Shown here one piece after another: positions 31,301-38,400 of a DNA stretch of 52,502 nt. The position numbers were made by a program, and so were the translations under genes. The first letter of the stretch is position 1, and the number at the start of each line of letters is the position of its first letter. Origin of the DNA: an uncultured Clostridia bacterium (lineage in GTDB: Bacteria; Bacillota; Clostridia; Christensenellales; UBA1242); NCBI GenBank assembly GCA_947168085.1, contig CAMVKM010000002.1:1-52502 (forward strand). Reading direction: 5' to 3'. The notes beneath the pieces were generated by a model. That model searched no databases and was not told the DNA's origin. It saw only the letters and a program-made list of their open reading frames with translations.

Positions 31301-32413
31301 AGCATTTGTCTGTTTTTTGATTGTGTAAGAAACAACATTACTTGTGCTTGCAAAAATGTTGTCTGAAGGGTTTTTTGCTTCAACATAAACACTGTAGGTT
31401 CCAACATCATCATTATCAGTAAAGAACACTGTTACTGTGCTACTTGATGATGAGATTTCATAACTTCCAGCATCATCTTCAGACACAAACACTTTTTGCA
31501 TCAAACCATTTCTAAACACCTGAAAAGTTTTTGCAAATTTCACATTGTCCCAAGAAAGAACAATTCTTCTGCCTTGTTGTGACAGTGTAAGGTTTGGAGA
31601 TGCGATTTGTTTGTAAGTGTTAAAATAGCCATAAGCAATGCTGCTTGGAAGCAAGTAAGAATTTGTGCTAAATGTTTGAACGGAAACAGCAAAATTTAAT
31701 GAATCAAGGCTGTTTAACAAATTTGCTTGTTCTTGTGTTAGAGTGTAAGAATTTGATTGCGTTGTAATTGTTAAAACAACATTATTGTTGTTGTCACGGT
31801 CTAGCACTTTTAGTTCATGGTAAAGTGTTCCAAGTTCTGCGCTTTCATCAACAGTCCAGGAAAAAGACAAACTGTCATTGTTAACGCTTACCACTGGAGT
31901 TTTTATGTCATAATAAACATCAACAGGACATTGCTCTGGATCACTTAAAACAGAATTGTAGGAAGGCACTTTAAAGTACAGTGCTTGCACTGAAACGTAG
32001 TAAATTCCAGAACCGGAAAGATAGTTTGTTATGTCTCTTGTTGTTGAGCGAAAAGAAAATTTTGGCACAACATTTTCATAAGCATTTTCTTTGGCTCTTT
32101 GAACATCTTCCATTCCTTTGAATATGTAAACAGCATAGCCATCGGCATGCTCTACTTCATCAAAAGACAAAATGTAACGATTGCCACTATCCGTCCGTTG
32201 CGTGGTAACAACAACCCCTGTTGGACTGTTTAACTCACTCGCAACAACCGGTTTGCTTGTGTTAAAAATAATAGCAAACATTGCAAATCCACCAATCAGC
32301 AATAGTAAAGCAATCAAGATTATGATTAGTCTTGACCTTCTTTCCTTGCTTTTGTTTGTAATGTAAACAACTTGGGAACCTTGCCCGTTGCTATTAAAAT
32401 CATGTTTAGCCAT
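16310..32413 (-). CDS. Giant (5,367 aa) N-terminally membrane-anchored surface protein, giant B
   Basis: The ORF is uninterrupted for 16,104 nt. An RBS (AAGGAAAAAG) precedes the ATG at 32413. The N-terminus has KSKERRSR followed by LIIILIALLLLIGGFAMFAIIF, indicating an N-in signal-anchor. About 10 Fn3-like modules occupy residues 55-1174. The next roughly 4,000 aa are collinear with giant A. The C-terminus has a CxxCxGxG zinc-finger module and a charged helical tail. Confidence 0.9.
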   Translation of the reverse strand: MAKHDFNSNGQGSQVVYITNKSKERRSRLIIILIALLLLIGGFAMFAIIFNTSKPVVASELNSPTGVVVTTQRTDSGNRYILSFDEVEHADGYAVYIFKGMEDVQRAKENAYENVVPKFSFRSTTRDITNYLSGSGIYYVSVQALYFKVPSYNSVLSDPEQCPVDVYYDIKTPVVSVNNDSLSFSWTVDESAELGTLYHELKVLDRDNNNNVVLTITTQSNSYTLTQEQANLLNSLDSLNFAVSVQTFSTNSYLLPSSIAYGYFNTYKQIASPNLTLSQQGRRIVLSWDNVKFAKTFQVFRNGLMQKVFVSEDDAGSYEISSSSSTVTVFFTDNDDVGTYSVYVEAKNPSDNIFASTSNVVSYTIKKQTNAVDFKVFRSGEQGDRIDVSWRAEEQTRYKVFIQDKLGNYFTIPGSSNQWYAEIDGGTVSFPVDLSADGYYLVSVVAKKQSDYYTESDISSKFFKFETLKHEAPIEVTYNSATQVLSWTPFANSYATDTLEGSTRYPALTDIDGYEITIYYQNENNVVKTFRKQRNHNESVFSNNNLNLSEFLAENSENPGTYFASVKTLGGYLIFTDSDESEKCEFYYSVLVATPQNLQFVDTDQDISQHKLEFSVVSHAKGYQLFVDGVDGNVFVDTTDETNCVVKTKNNLNEWEVNANFNATITNGVLSLSGFDYYFNEMQGQFEQGSYNFAVKAIALDDSNFGDSELSQSVSYSFVRYLPVPDVFIASQAENSNNLYVVWDRLDSNMETIYDEYNQHFDINVNGYIISIDNQSKLAACGTGDDTQYRLNISDYVIPKATNTVQITALGYTGFTTSASPQLTNVAYHYYIGAGYDETRFLVEARAIKKYTDVDDELNFYLMFYSDRYANKFNYTFVYTDSESTVHSNSASYDFYANGQTTAVYVQKLNPTWLAEYTKTRIICNPVYDENNALPNTTVDKNYIHSQEFSKDFYDNSRMPQVYGFSYDSTTSTFYWRFLKTASAYVTSFKCNYRYIVNGVYENVQEMTLSKSNETEDGDYMLYSEQVFFEKAGTIEFSMWPYSSFDSVQNRTSNKLTQEINVNVKLEAPQNLKITQNLETQQIFVSWDIVRKQNRTGDAYCVQLFKYEDENDETGVFLGELTVGQASARITVNAKDIYENIFSERFKIRAKVFACGYNVDGGAYLQSETTTSELFEYLPILDAPVVTLNGTQLQIKKIQPESFVTLYSVYYYNDDTQTQDDAQILGEFSMSSGATEESLIGFEHTEYLLNAKLADYLNNNLVANGLYKIFVVATNENWKNIDGSVIKSEPSLSVAVEVSKKFDTPEIYVAEGFTGEQTSATLIPTFETSFKNIKGTSFGEEQEILPGGYSIKIQTSGVAQSDVLTLGLQISLVEPEGEDAYYSYSLNYNNAEFDFADINGTLTAMNGDNVLATLVVGDKRIGLKFYGATGFLANTQYQLVVIAKGKVEKHFNESNPYRVTFRTKSAVITAPEIGFYDGSSVLKDYATSNDQSTRPLAVYIQRTPNSYYDSGRSAAWINFEITQVYGSGFMSVESQEPQTVLLTDFSYEGKTYYKYLIDPVSLFLNKEGIYKLIIKFGGNQYANESSFSNPIYIFYSKTLDSVYGFSVESAQINSTDPVSVKISVLNEFLTDDFKGFDLEIKTVDIVGNHEQQTTNKSLFVADGSTYLAQKQQGEFATLFTYEIPIEHIAGFKLEGKAFAYWTTFDYNFEFGVRVMDFEAKQKADYEDLLDCNDMPEEFVFLTHSWFDYKTIVTSTRTPSPAGLQITPLLGHGANVSWGEVSNATYGYAYYVWDLTTNTYELRCQDNTGRETLTNVSDKLYIDTNLLFANESYDDYLGLSDFWILTENNYFVIDDFDVNDSTKIYGVIVFSKSNVATIGYSTIVYQIFHVGSQDFQNFDLDISFDDVSDGYYLSWDDPFSKISTQLLPNNYKKHEHYVVSVIQEGIESTPYSTANNSVFATTDGKTSLFLSEIDRRYRNGMATMSVSNFAVVDELGTTHQIYNDKTLQAEVFLPIVINSNVWLEIDCPDEVTYILKWKATQDSSENYYATLYNFYLAQSSVTNLDVNRATGEASNAEDKIEVRVPTLLDANQTSVLRSDKLNEFVDPLLVDILIENEQIYYVCDISSWIESLQNSANPPSKGLYYLWASVATDKQENLNSSYTMTGSMADNETRAELRIFDKAGHVSNLNYNYTYNSNDGSRTKTLTFDMADDDLTRSILKVEVKKDIVENNVLIREEAQVLATETVGGDERPVYAAYFAYSSVISDARYSIIYFDGTTSFYVIDEQDSSVAHVQLNVFDYFENVDSGDFKVYVTVLPAIANEFMRTGDSVGTEFVNNRKIELSNALRYIDVVVDSYILAVNSDETSESFGEPIYDQSYIAILNEHLLSGYFNAKAVTRGLSEAEEPDEIMGYEVYFYKQGSLVKKLTLTGNKSNTTNELTPGVYTLKIVAKGDGVYYANSDLFDYDFGGAQSTITIYNRHMTTIDEDRPATEIRTTDGFDTLTDLLIEHGISEIGVIYEIYCIDENGDVVWKERAETQDDGNGNVVANVSVYQMMLKHIADMNYGNYTFKTKWLSTLADLSEFVLNSDLNETHAITYKHYIKTIHSTVLQKTDDINDGYIYETRDKLGYTWFDYDGNGVDDDISGYVTGTKLYTILLDPILDTMLHYQISFKSVDALKDSTNTFDAYVKVSYVDPDNDDIFEILYELVDVDAARKTSKIDVSGHIHSLFSIMPKVDPKTNISYMVLEFNALNYIYTTDEIVDTYNFNTTFVDVLRGEEPESIVMQANENFEEKPFFDEFAESSLGNSYVYFDVYATQLDLVDVDESNFEYWDILDMVGNLYINSVVLNTNRQSPSYGELSWSFTDNTRMKGNKSDSYYFIIYVNKQRIERSISVVDVESATTHNLSISLRSILLADNSTSSNANTIEMFLRVSDARFVNKSGWIDTPLITDIQTTSGINVASNEFVWETELDCVVSEDDHPGMNWDTTSGKVDFNYKFNKYYAQDTRLWNNGINSTSKVTFKFELIRVDVADYDENKTFEQLKELDIDPSNYGVFGQTELVAWCNQSSGGYNMTFNMSYLDQDTQKLLYSFNMREFLESRDNVEKDKWFDSEELKTGWYYIAISLVTQINPVLYEDSIVYSAKKLILAPWKITEIMLVDSIADSSGYYSSLFPTSENTKMIYESDSQETKDALKEAWAENENERNVFIKFKVEDVNGQYPTSYILGHSQEFATANSKYGENQSFYPISVQPIDGYIYIDVSIMFRPIPDDLDEDKAILAGKFKDYYGKHYFRVYGAKSDAVADMSSERTAKTTTNAMLHYLKFENVTNISFDFKDLKNSKLKFDWYCSFFKNIEETYIPGEKEPYFSIVNTTKYSPEESGENHGPAMVSVVGTEASVVRNNNTYSMTINLKNLDPETWNGKLHITPSVLELIYNTLSFKVFANNFGDGYILDSDTNVEDLPLIPDGLDAPIVGISTYTSKSKEANTFGDEEHFMFVSEDDNFDTIKDNYYYNLYLSLKTEAFQKLTDATDVDYAAGTNRYYAVVKVSTMLANQNSVSKDIFFRIVIEQTPEEQTPYKVVAVKVFNKDPSADSSAELIENLLLRGHGSNTKPQILKRVTSNTYISGASNDSQVWSVEITNVAIPLNWMFSSNAGLNEVTYNVSRTCMVVGQVVGTVVLIPVEGGQDLMSSNGKGEASFVHRVRMATPKISEVVVESDKGTIDDSNSGFYVFNYVEENPNQSSEIVKDIKITLTVENISSPVNGATDIADMLKVYIVRDTTNTSLNLLNSADFNNSSLYFDDEAEPSIICLDIPLSDCQVDIHNFMKRASIVLDKTYFLNYETKAENLSTQKQESAIYNAIVDKFIPGYFTFTVGVYSTNEASQYIRHKTGTMGDAFCVDVVGRNPATTDYVQDIVLEQQQSGEVSTTLNALYSDRNGNKFNVIRNIWGFYQTPIAQDIFVSTDQEGNGVMLFNVTTTNNVPFVSNGNQGYVASYVAGAKKSHSSQTNPEQNKFKTILIKKQLSFVETRSVNIDREGSNGEQYNYVRKIELDFAGAIEDTTGELKKEINGKFTYLTTEDLMRVDNHVTNLTTYKNDTLSREYREQILVMDPYLYLYTAESAGDEFHTNNGVCYTNINGFGLHLDFEVKVFLENTIQSSGQLGETIALKNYGNTNRIDASISENTQNQETNHNFYNQIDNALKEKGLIDKNGVNISFQITVKPTAEASSLWTTSQSMLRNFKFYHRISTEEFTVEKMEAEKDGMWTEEETIVGGKASGLLKPARINMSFKYDKLANCNIDDVNYQFTIFDYKNQTQENPHIYMLNDSSVSSNTKTYNIIDIIERSNDHSGKKFLFKDVENNLDWATCTTWQFAIQPYYTITINNKDQKVFGHKDLSSEFDFVLKLSHLRDISAKYNFNQNVLLSYGFDQNKKLLNADRDIDVSKLAAVYENSANAITITDLAGNRKLAGFSIDSTTGKTFDSLGDNNLAQTLIEIYSGSLTEYPESTNSRVGYATVTGSFSGNDVVNLYNAILQNSPGGVYTAFYKLTGKTASNNKPRAFDSDWSVAATVEYRKIYINPKVGETGQGDISLVQENDKIIIQGLNNEGISATKTDVGNTNYRYNAFGNTVTKAITNVETKVAYNNNLGVKVALRQQTINDTAYKDNPVEGFAYQDSEIISGESTINLQRAQSAIYTINPSSLDALNVSKDDILRVISDSKSKYDTITGLSNFLALGEKDTATTNTYKALAGGLFDYTLISEANTEQGLRVNYGKFQIGRNVVVISVIPKNSDYEIGYFYETQFDVNCVDEFLPSLDTTDLQTEGEGEKINYIVPKDFIDYEPKSLGAGGVIAFFLDDKEEPITSVVYAYNPDNQGDDNYSVDAENDEDDTYFVYGSEAVEVKPEDNGLEIKGVSEGGLTKTYTITPYLYAFDYEYIAGVKIPITNPYNYADSEQQIVLDSNTTYWAEAQDVSGQAIRPSTEISSDDPSNPVVTRFLFFDKETGKTYIYLKANVDVTQNLLTKIEKLKFSLTSPFATDDEVGDKNNNAFFKTYGLQRTVICPDPGTISTTEPEQTEQIDFDNLKREDGEEKESRTITYECNSTLTQKYSITPGKQGSSPKTQRWMELDASMTVTPQQYILHGNPYRSTWNLSVDYDYEYSVFVETGPSHQGVKQGYYETITDYGSASTSVIHLATKGLVTNDKTGNGSMKTANPTMKSVLYTHNFSPVFQILQNNWAKTILKDYVEIDCMLCSEWIGQICQNGAAIVKGQVVCDECWGNGKISSVIDTVGCSGCGGHGGAWDDLWQGKVDGSGHIDCPLCKGSGKLLKDRNGNFATTQKQEISKEEKDELIEEWHKFFERYKLLGYKYSNYN
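16457..16684 (-). other. DnaJ-type cysteine-rich zinc-finger module at the C-terminus of giant B
   Basis: CMLCSEWIG (degenerate), CDECWGNG, CSGCGGHG and CPLCKGSG: three canonical CxxCxGxG repeats plus one degenerate. A 48-aa K/E-rich tail follows. Confidence 0.75.
28892..32250 (-). other. Array of about 10 Fn3-like modules in the N-terminal quarter of giant B (approximate bounds)
   Basis: Recurrent units of about 90-110 aa open with motifs such as SPNL, TPVV, APQNL, ATPQNL or DAPVV. Each contains an (L/F)SW(D/T) ... GY.(V/I).(V/I/F) signature. Confidence 0.5.
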
Positions 32414-32441
32414 AATTTCTTTTTCCTTAATTTTTTATTTT

Positions 32442-35400
32442 TTAATTTGCGCTTACAAATGAAATTCTTGGATAATTTCCATCTTCAAATGTAAACACTG
32501 ATTTTTGTAAGTAAAGTGTTGAGTAAAAACATGCTGCAGTTGATGTGTAGGTTGGTGTTATGTCACTTGAAAGCACAAATGAAATTTCGGCTTCATTAGC
32601 CATTTTTCCATTTGACATGTAACTTTCTGAAACAAGAGATGAGTAATCTAAAGAGTACTCTGTTGAAATTAAGTTTCCAACACCAATAATACGCGTTGTT
32701 GTTGGGTTTTTTGTTGAGTCATAGTAGCTGTTTTTTGGCTTGTTGTTAACACTGTCAACCGAAGCCAAAATTCCACTGAAATAACTTGGACCGCTGTCAA
32801 TTTCAGTACCACGAGCAAATTTGTCTGATGTAAATTGAATTTCGCCAACATTAAGACAATTGATGATGGCTCCATAGAATTTGTCAGTTTGATTTGGATA
32901 CTGCTTTGCTTTTTGTGTTGCAACAATTCCACCAACTAAAATTGTGCTTTTTGTGTCATCAGTTGTTGAAATGTCCAAATGACTTTCAATTGTGTCTGCA
33001 ACAATGTTTCCACTGTTTATGCAGTTAACAATAAATGTGTTTGTTGCTTCACCCACAATTCCACCAGAGTAAGACCAATCTTCTTTTCCCAAGTTGTTGA
33101 TTGAGTAAGCATTAAGAACTCCATTGTTTGTGCAACCACTTACAACACTTGAAATTGTAACTTCTGAAAAAGCTTGAGCATTAATTGGTTGATAAGCAAT
33201 TTGTGAAGTTGATTTAAGAGTGATTCCGGCTACCTGAGTTGCAGCCAACAATCCGTTGTTTGCGCAGTTGTAAATGTTGGCACCATAACACTCTCCAGCA
33301 ATTCCAGCAACCCTTGTTGCCCTTGAACTTTGATCGGCTGTTTTTAACAATGAAATTCCAAAGTTTGAAGTACAATTTGTTATGGTTGTGTTGCGATAAG
33401 AGTTTTTATCTGAAACTGGCTCATAAGAACTTGAATCATACTCTTCTGTTCCACAAATTTTTCCAACAAACGTTCCAAAGACAATTGGTTGAGTTCCATA
33501 ATCATTGTTTGAAACATAACCCCTTGGATATTTTGTTTGGTCAAGACCAATCGAGCAGTTTGCAATTAATCCACCTGTCATTTGTTTTGCCACAATACCA
33601 AGATAAAGTGTGTTTTCTGATTCAATTGAAACGCTGTATTCAAATTTTGAAACCTCAATATCAAGATTCATCAAAACTCCACGCTGTCTAAAGAAGTTTG
33701 AAGAATTTGGTCCAATGCTTGGGTCTATCAAATCTTTGTTTGTGCCACCTTCAATTGTGTTAAACAATGGTTCACCACTGTAAATTTCAAAATTACTTAT
33801 TTTGTGAATAACTTGAACCACATCGCCATTTTCAATTTTTGTTTCCATTCCATCAATTCCACCAGTAAATGGCTTTATAAAAGACTCAGAGAATGAGAAG
33901 TTGTTTACAAATTCATTTGTTGAACCTGTTGGTGATGTTAGATTTATGTCTTCAGCAAGCCTAAAGAAACAAGTTGTTAAAGTTTTTATGTAACCAAACT
34001 TTGTTAAAGCATCTGTTCGTGACATAATCCAATGTTTGTTTCTTGGGTTTTGACTTGTTGGTGCATCGAGTGTTGATTTGATGACAAATGGATTTTCTGC
34101 TGAACCATTACCACTAGAAAATTTGTTAAACAAAACATGATTCATTGACCTTGGCGCACTTCTAAGGCTGTGAACATTTGAACTTGTTGTAACAACATAA
34201 AAATCAAAATTGTAGTATCCCAAATCCCACAAAGGAATGCTAAAGTAATTTAATCCACCTTCAGAAATTTGTTCTGTTTCTGACAAATTAATTTCTTTGG
34301 TTTTTGCTTGTGCAATATCAACATAGTCAAGGCCATCTTCTTCTATTTCATCATTTTCGTATTCTGAATACTTGTAAACCAAAACAATTTTGTCATTTGC
34401 AATGTTGTAAGCACTTCTAATGTCCATGTTCCAAAGCAGTTGCAATCCATCATTAGAAAGTTTACATGAATTTATTGGTGCAAATTTGATAGCATTAATT
34501 GTTTTGCTTTCACTAAAAAGATAAATTGGTTGACTAGCATCAATTCTTTCATTGTTTGGAGCATAAGCACGGTAAGTTATGTCAAGAGAAGCAAAGCCAT
34601 TTTGATCAATTTTTCGGTTTATTTCTTCACTGTTTATGTCAATGTTTTGCCTTTCTGTTGTTCTAACTTCTGTGTCGTCAACTTTTATGGCAATTCCTGC
34701 AACACTTGAATCATAAGCATAATCGCCACCCCAAGCAATAACACCATCTTCTGTGATTGTTACATCATTAATTTCATCAAGTTTAATAACATTTAATAAT
34801 GGTGTTGAATATGCTGAGTTCAAGTAAACTGTGGTTAAAATTTGTCTTGAATCTTCTGTTCCATAATGCCTAACTCTTATTGAACTAAACTTGTGGCCTT
34901 GTGAAGCAACTTCAGAAAGAGCGTTTGAGTTTTGTAAACTTCTTAAAGGCTCTAGTTTTGTTACGCCATCATCTAGCACGATTTCAAGCTCATAATCGCT
35001 GTATTTGTAAATGGCAGAACTATCTTCTTCCCAAGTCAGCACACCATCTTTGACGGTTAAATTTACTGGCCTTCCACGAATTTCAGCATAAAAACCATCC
35101 GTAAAATCACTTGACACATAGTCTTGCTGTCCACCAACAAGTGTTCCTATTGCGCAAATTTGAACACGAACACTGCTTCTAAGTTCAAAATGCTCACTCA
35201 AGAAAAAGTCTTCTTCTCTACCCACTTCATAAGTGTTTTCACCGCAAACAATTCTGTAACCACTCACATGATAAGAACCATAATCGTGTTCTGTGTTTCG
35301 ATACCAAACAATTTCACCATTTTCCACATGAACATCAGTTGGTGTTTGCAATTTTGTTACATTAAATGTGCTTCTTGCTGTTACAATAGAGTTGACATAA

Positions 35401-38400
35401 ACATATGATTCAACACCACTAAAGCCTTTTGTTCCTTTTGCTTGAACCGTAAAACTAATACTGCCATCAAGCCCAGCAAAAGCACCCCTTGGCAAAGTCA
35501 CAAAATTTGAACCAGTTTGTGGCCTTATGTCTTCATAATTCACTGTGTTGTTACCATTTGTTGCAACTGTTGTGTAAGTTAGTTCATTCTCCGATATTCC
35601 ACCACAAATTCCCCATTCAACTTCACCATTAACAACATTAATGTCTTCAACAGACTGAAGTTTTCCAATATTAACAGCTCCAGACCCTGCCACAGAAAAC
35701 ACCTCTGGGATTGATTGTATGTAAAATGATGGATTACCCACAGCAATAACAGATAGATTGTAGTAAATTGGCCTGCCATCATAAGTTCTTGAAATGTCAG
35801 CAAGTTCTGTGCTGCTCATATCATAACTGTAAACCCCGCCTTCTATTGGCACATAAACAGTTTCAACTTGTTGAACAGTTGGGCTAAACACAAGCATATA
35901 ACCATTGTCATAAACATTGTTGTTTGTCCAAACAATTTTTCCGTCACTTATGTTAATTGTTGGTGCTCTGTTTCTGTAAATGTTTTTAACTTGGCTTGTT
36001 GCAGAGCTGATTGTAAGTGTTCCATTTTTCTGCACAAGATTTTCATCACTTCCATCAATTTTGGCAGTAACCGTAAGCCCCAAAAGCCCAACGTCAGAAT
36101 TTCCTAAAGCACCACGATTGATGGTTGAATCAATCAAATACATTGATGTTGTGTTTGGATCGTTAATTGTTTGAAGTTCTGTGCTTCCACCACCTTCACG
36201 TTTAATTGAAACCGTGTAGCCAGCTGCTCCATTAATTTTGTCCCATGAAAGCAAGTAGTTTTTGTCAACAAGTCGTTTGCCTGAAGATGTTTCTTCAACC
36301 ACTGAAGATGTTCCGTTAACACTAATTCCTGTAACAGTGCTTAATCTGTTTACAAACACTTGATTTGAAATGTCTCCATTAATAAAATCTCCCCTGTAAA
36401 CAGCTTGAACTGTAATGTAATATCTGTTTGAAGCAAATGTGTCATCAAAAACAAAACTGTTTGTTTCAAGCACTTCATCGTATTTTAAAACATCATTTGT
36501 TAAAATTTGATAAACTTTAATTCTGTATTGTGCTCTTGCAACAGAATCCCAAGTTATTGTGTTATAGTTTGTGTCATTGTCAAGAAGTGATGATTTAAAG
36601 ATTTTTATTGAATTAGAATCAATAGCTCCAAGTTTTCTGTATGATGACTCAACACTTTCACGGCTAGAAACAATTGCACTTCCAACTCCAACTGCCGTAA
36701 CAGAAATTCCATACTCACCAGCAGCAACACCCTTCATGTCCCAACTTGTTCCTTCAATTGAACGTGTTGCTGTTGTGTTTGTGTTTGTGTTTCGATAGTT
36801 AATTATATAATTGTTTATTTTTGTTGTGATTCCATCAATTTCACCACTAACTTGTGACCAATGAAGCACACCATCTTGAATGTAAAGCTCTGGAGTTTTT
36901 AGTTTGTAAAGTGATGCCCCACTTTTTGATTCTGGTGAATTTATGTAGTTATCTCCACCCAAAGCAACAACTGTTGCCCGATATTTTCCAGCATCAAGAT
37001 TTGTTGTGAAAAGTGTTGAAACTGACATGCTCCAAATTGGATCATTTTGATTACAAGAAACATCTTCAAACTTAACTTGCATTGAAATCGATTCTGTGTA
37101 ATAAGTTAACAAAACTCGATAATTTGTTGTTGTTGGAATCGTGTCACCAACAAGCATTTGAGAAGTTGAACTGTTTTCATCTTTGTCGATAATTGGAGAT
37201 TTTGGTGAAGCAAGCCTTGTAAAAAGCTCTGAATCGCTGTAAGAAGAGTCTAGAACATAAACTGTTTGCGAGTCTGGTAAAACTCTTTTGTTTGAAGAAT
37301 TTGCTGAATTTTTTCTAACACAGGTTTTTATTCTCACAGCACAAGTTGAGCCAGCACCCATTTGTGCACTTGTTGGAAGGCAAGTTCTTGGATTGTTTGA
37401 AAAATTGTCAATATTAATTCTGTTTTTTCCATCAATCAAAATTTCGTAAACAACAATGTCTTCCATAACTCCAACAATGTTTGTTGCTTCATCCCAAACA
37501 AATTGTCCATTTGAAATCTTTAGGTTTTGTGGGGTTGCAAGTTTGTAAGGAACAACCACTTCTGACCTTTCTGAATTTAGATATTTTATGCTGCTCACAT
37601 CATTAACTGCGTTAATATAAAATTGATAACGACCATAGCCAACATAATCGGATAAATAGTTAGACAAATCGTAAGATGTTTCAAGCAAGTTAAATGTTTG
37701 TGCCACATCTTGCTGTTCAACATCAAAAACACTAATTTCATAGTGTGTTGTGTCTAACGCAAACTCTCCTGGCTCCCACACCAAAACACCTTCAGAACTA
37801 AAAGCAGTAATGATTGGTGCAGATTGTTTTGTGAAAGTGTGATTTTGACGATTTGTGCTGTCAATAACAATTTCATCACCATCTCGAATGTTTCTTCCAT
37901 TTCCAAGACCGCGAACTTTAACAATGTATTCACCCGCTTGTTCCGTGTAAGAATTGTCATTAAAAGAATATGTTAAAACATCATTAGACAAAACCTCTTG
38001 GCAAATAACTTCGTTTCCTTTTGAAATTATGATCTCATAGTTAAGAGCACCATCAAGCGCATCCCAACCAACATCACCAAAACAATTTTTTAAGTTTGCT
38101 TTTGCAATTTTGTGAATTTCAAGTGTGGCTGGTTCAACGCTTTCAACAACAACATCTTGTCCATCTTCGTCTTGATAACTCATTCTCGCAACAACCGACA
38201 CAACATTAACATTTTGTGCTCCGCTAAATTCACCATCAGCAACAAATTTCATTGATGCACAATCAAGTCTTAAATCATTGTTTCCACTTGGTAACACATT
38301 TTGTGGGCGATTGTATTGAATGTTTGACGGATCATCAACATATGGATTTCTGCCATTCACATAAACAAAGTAGTTGGCAGCATTTTTAACTGGGCTCCAA

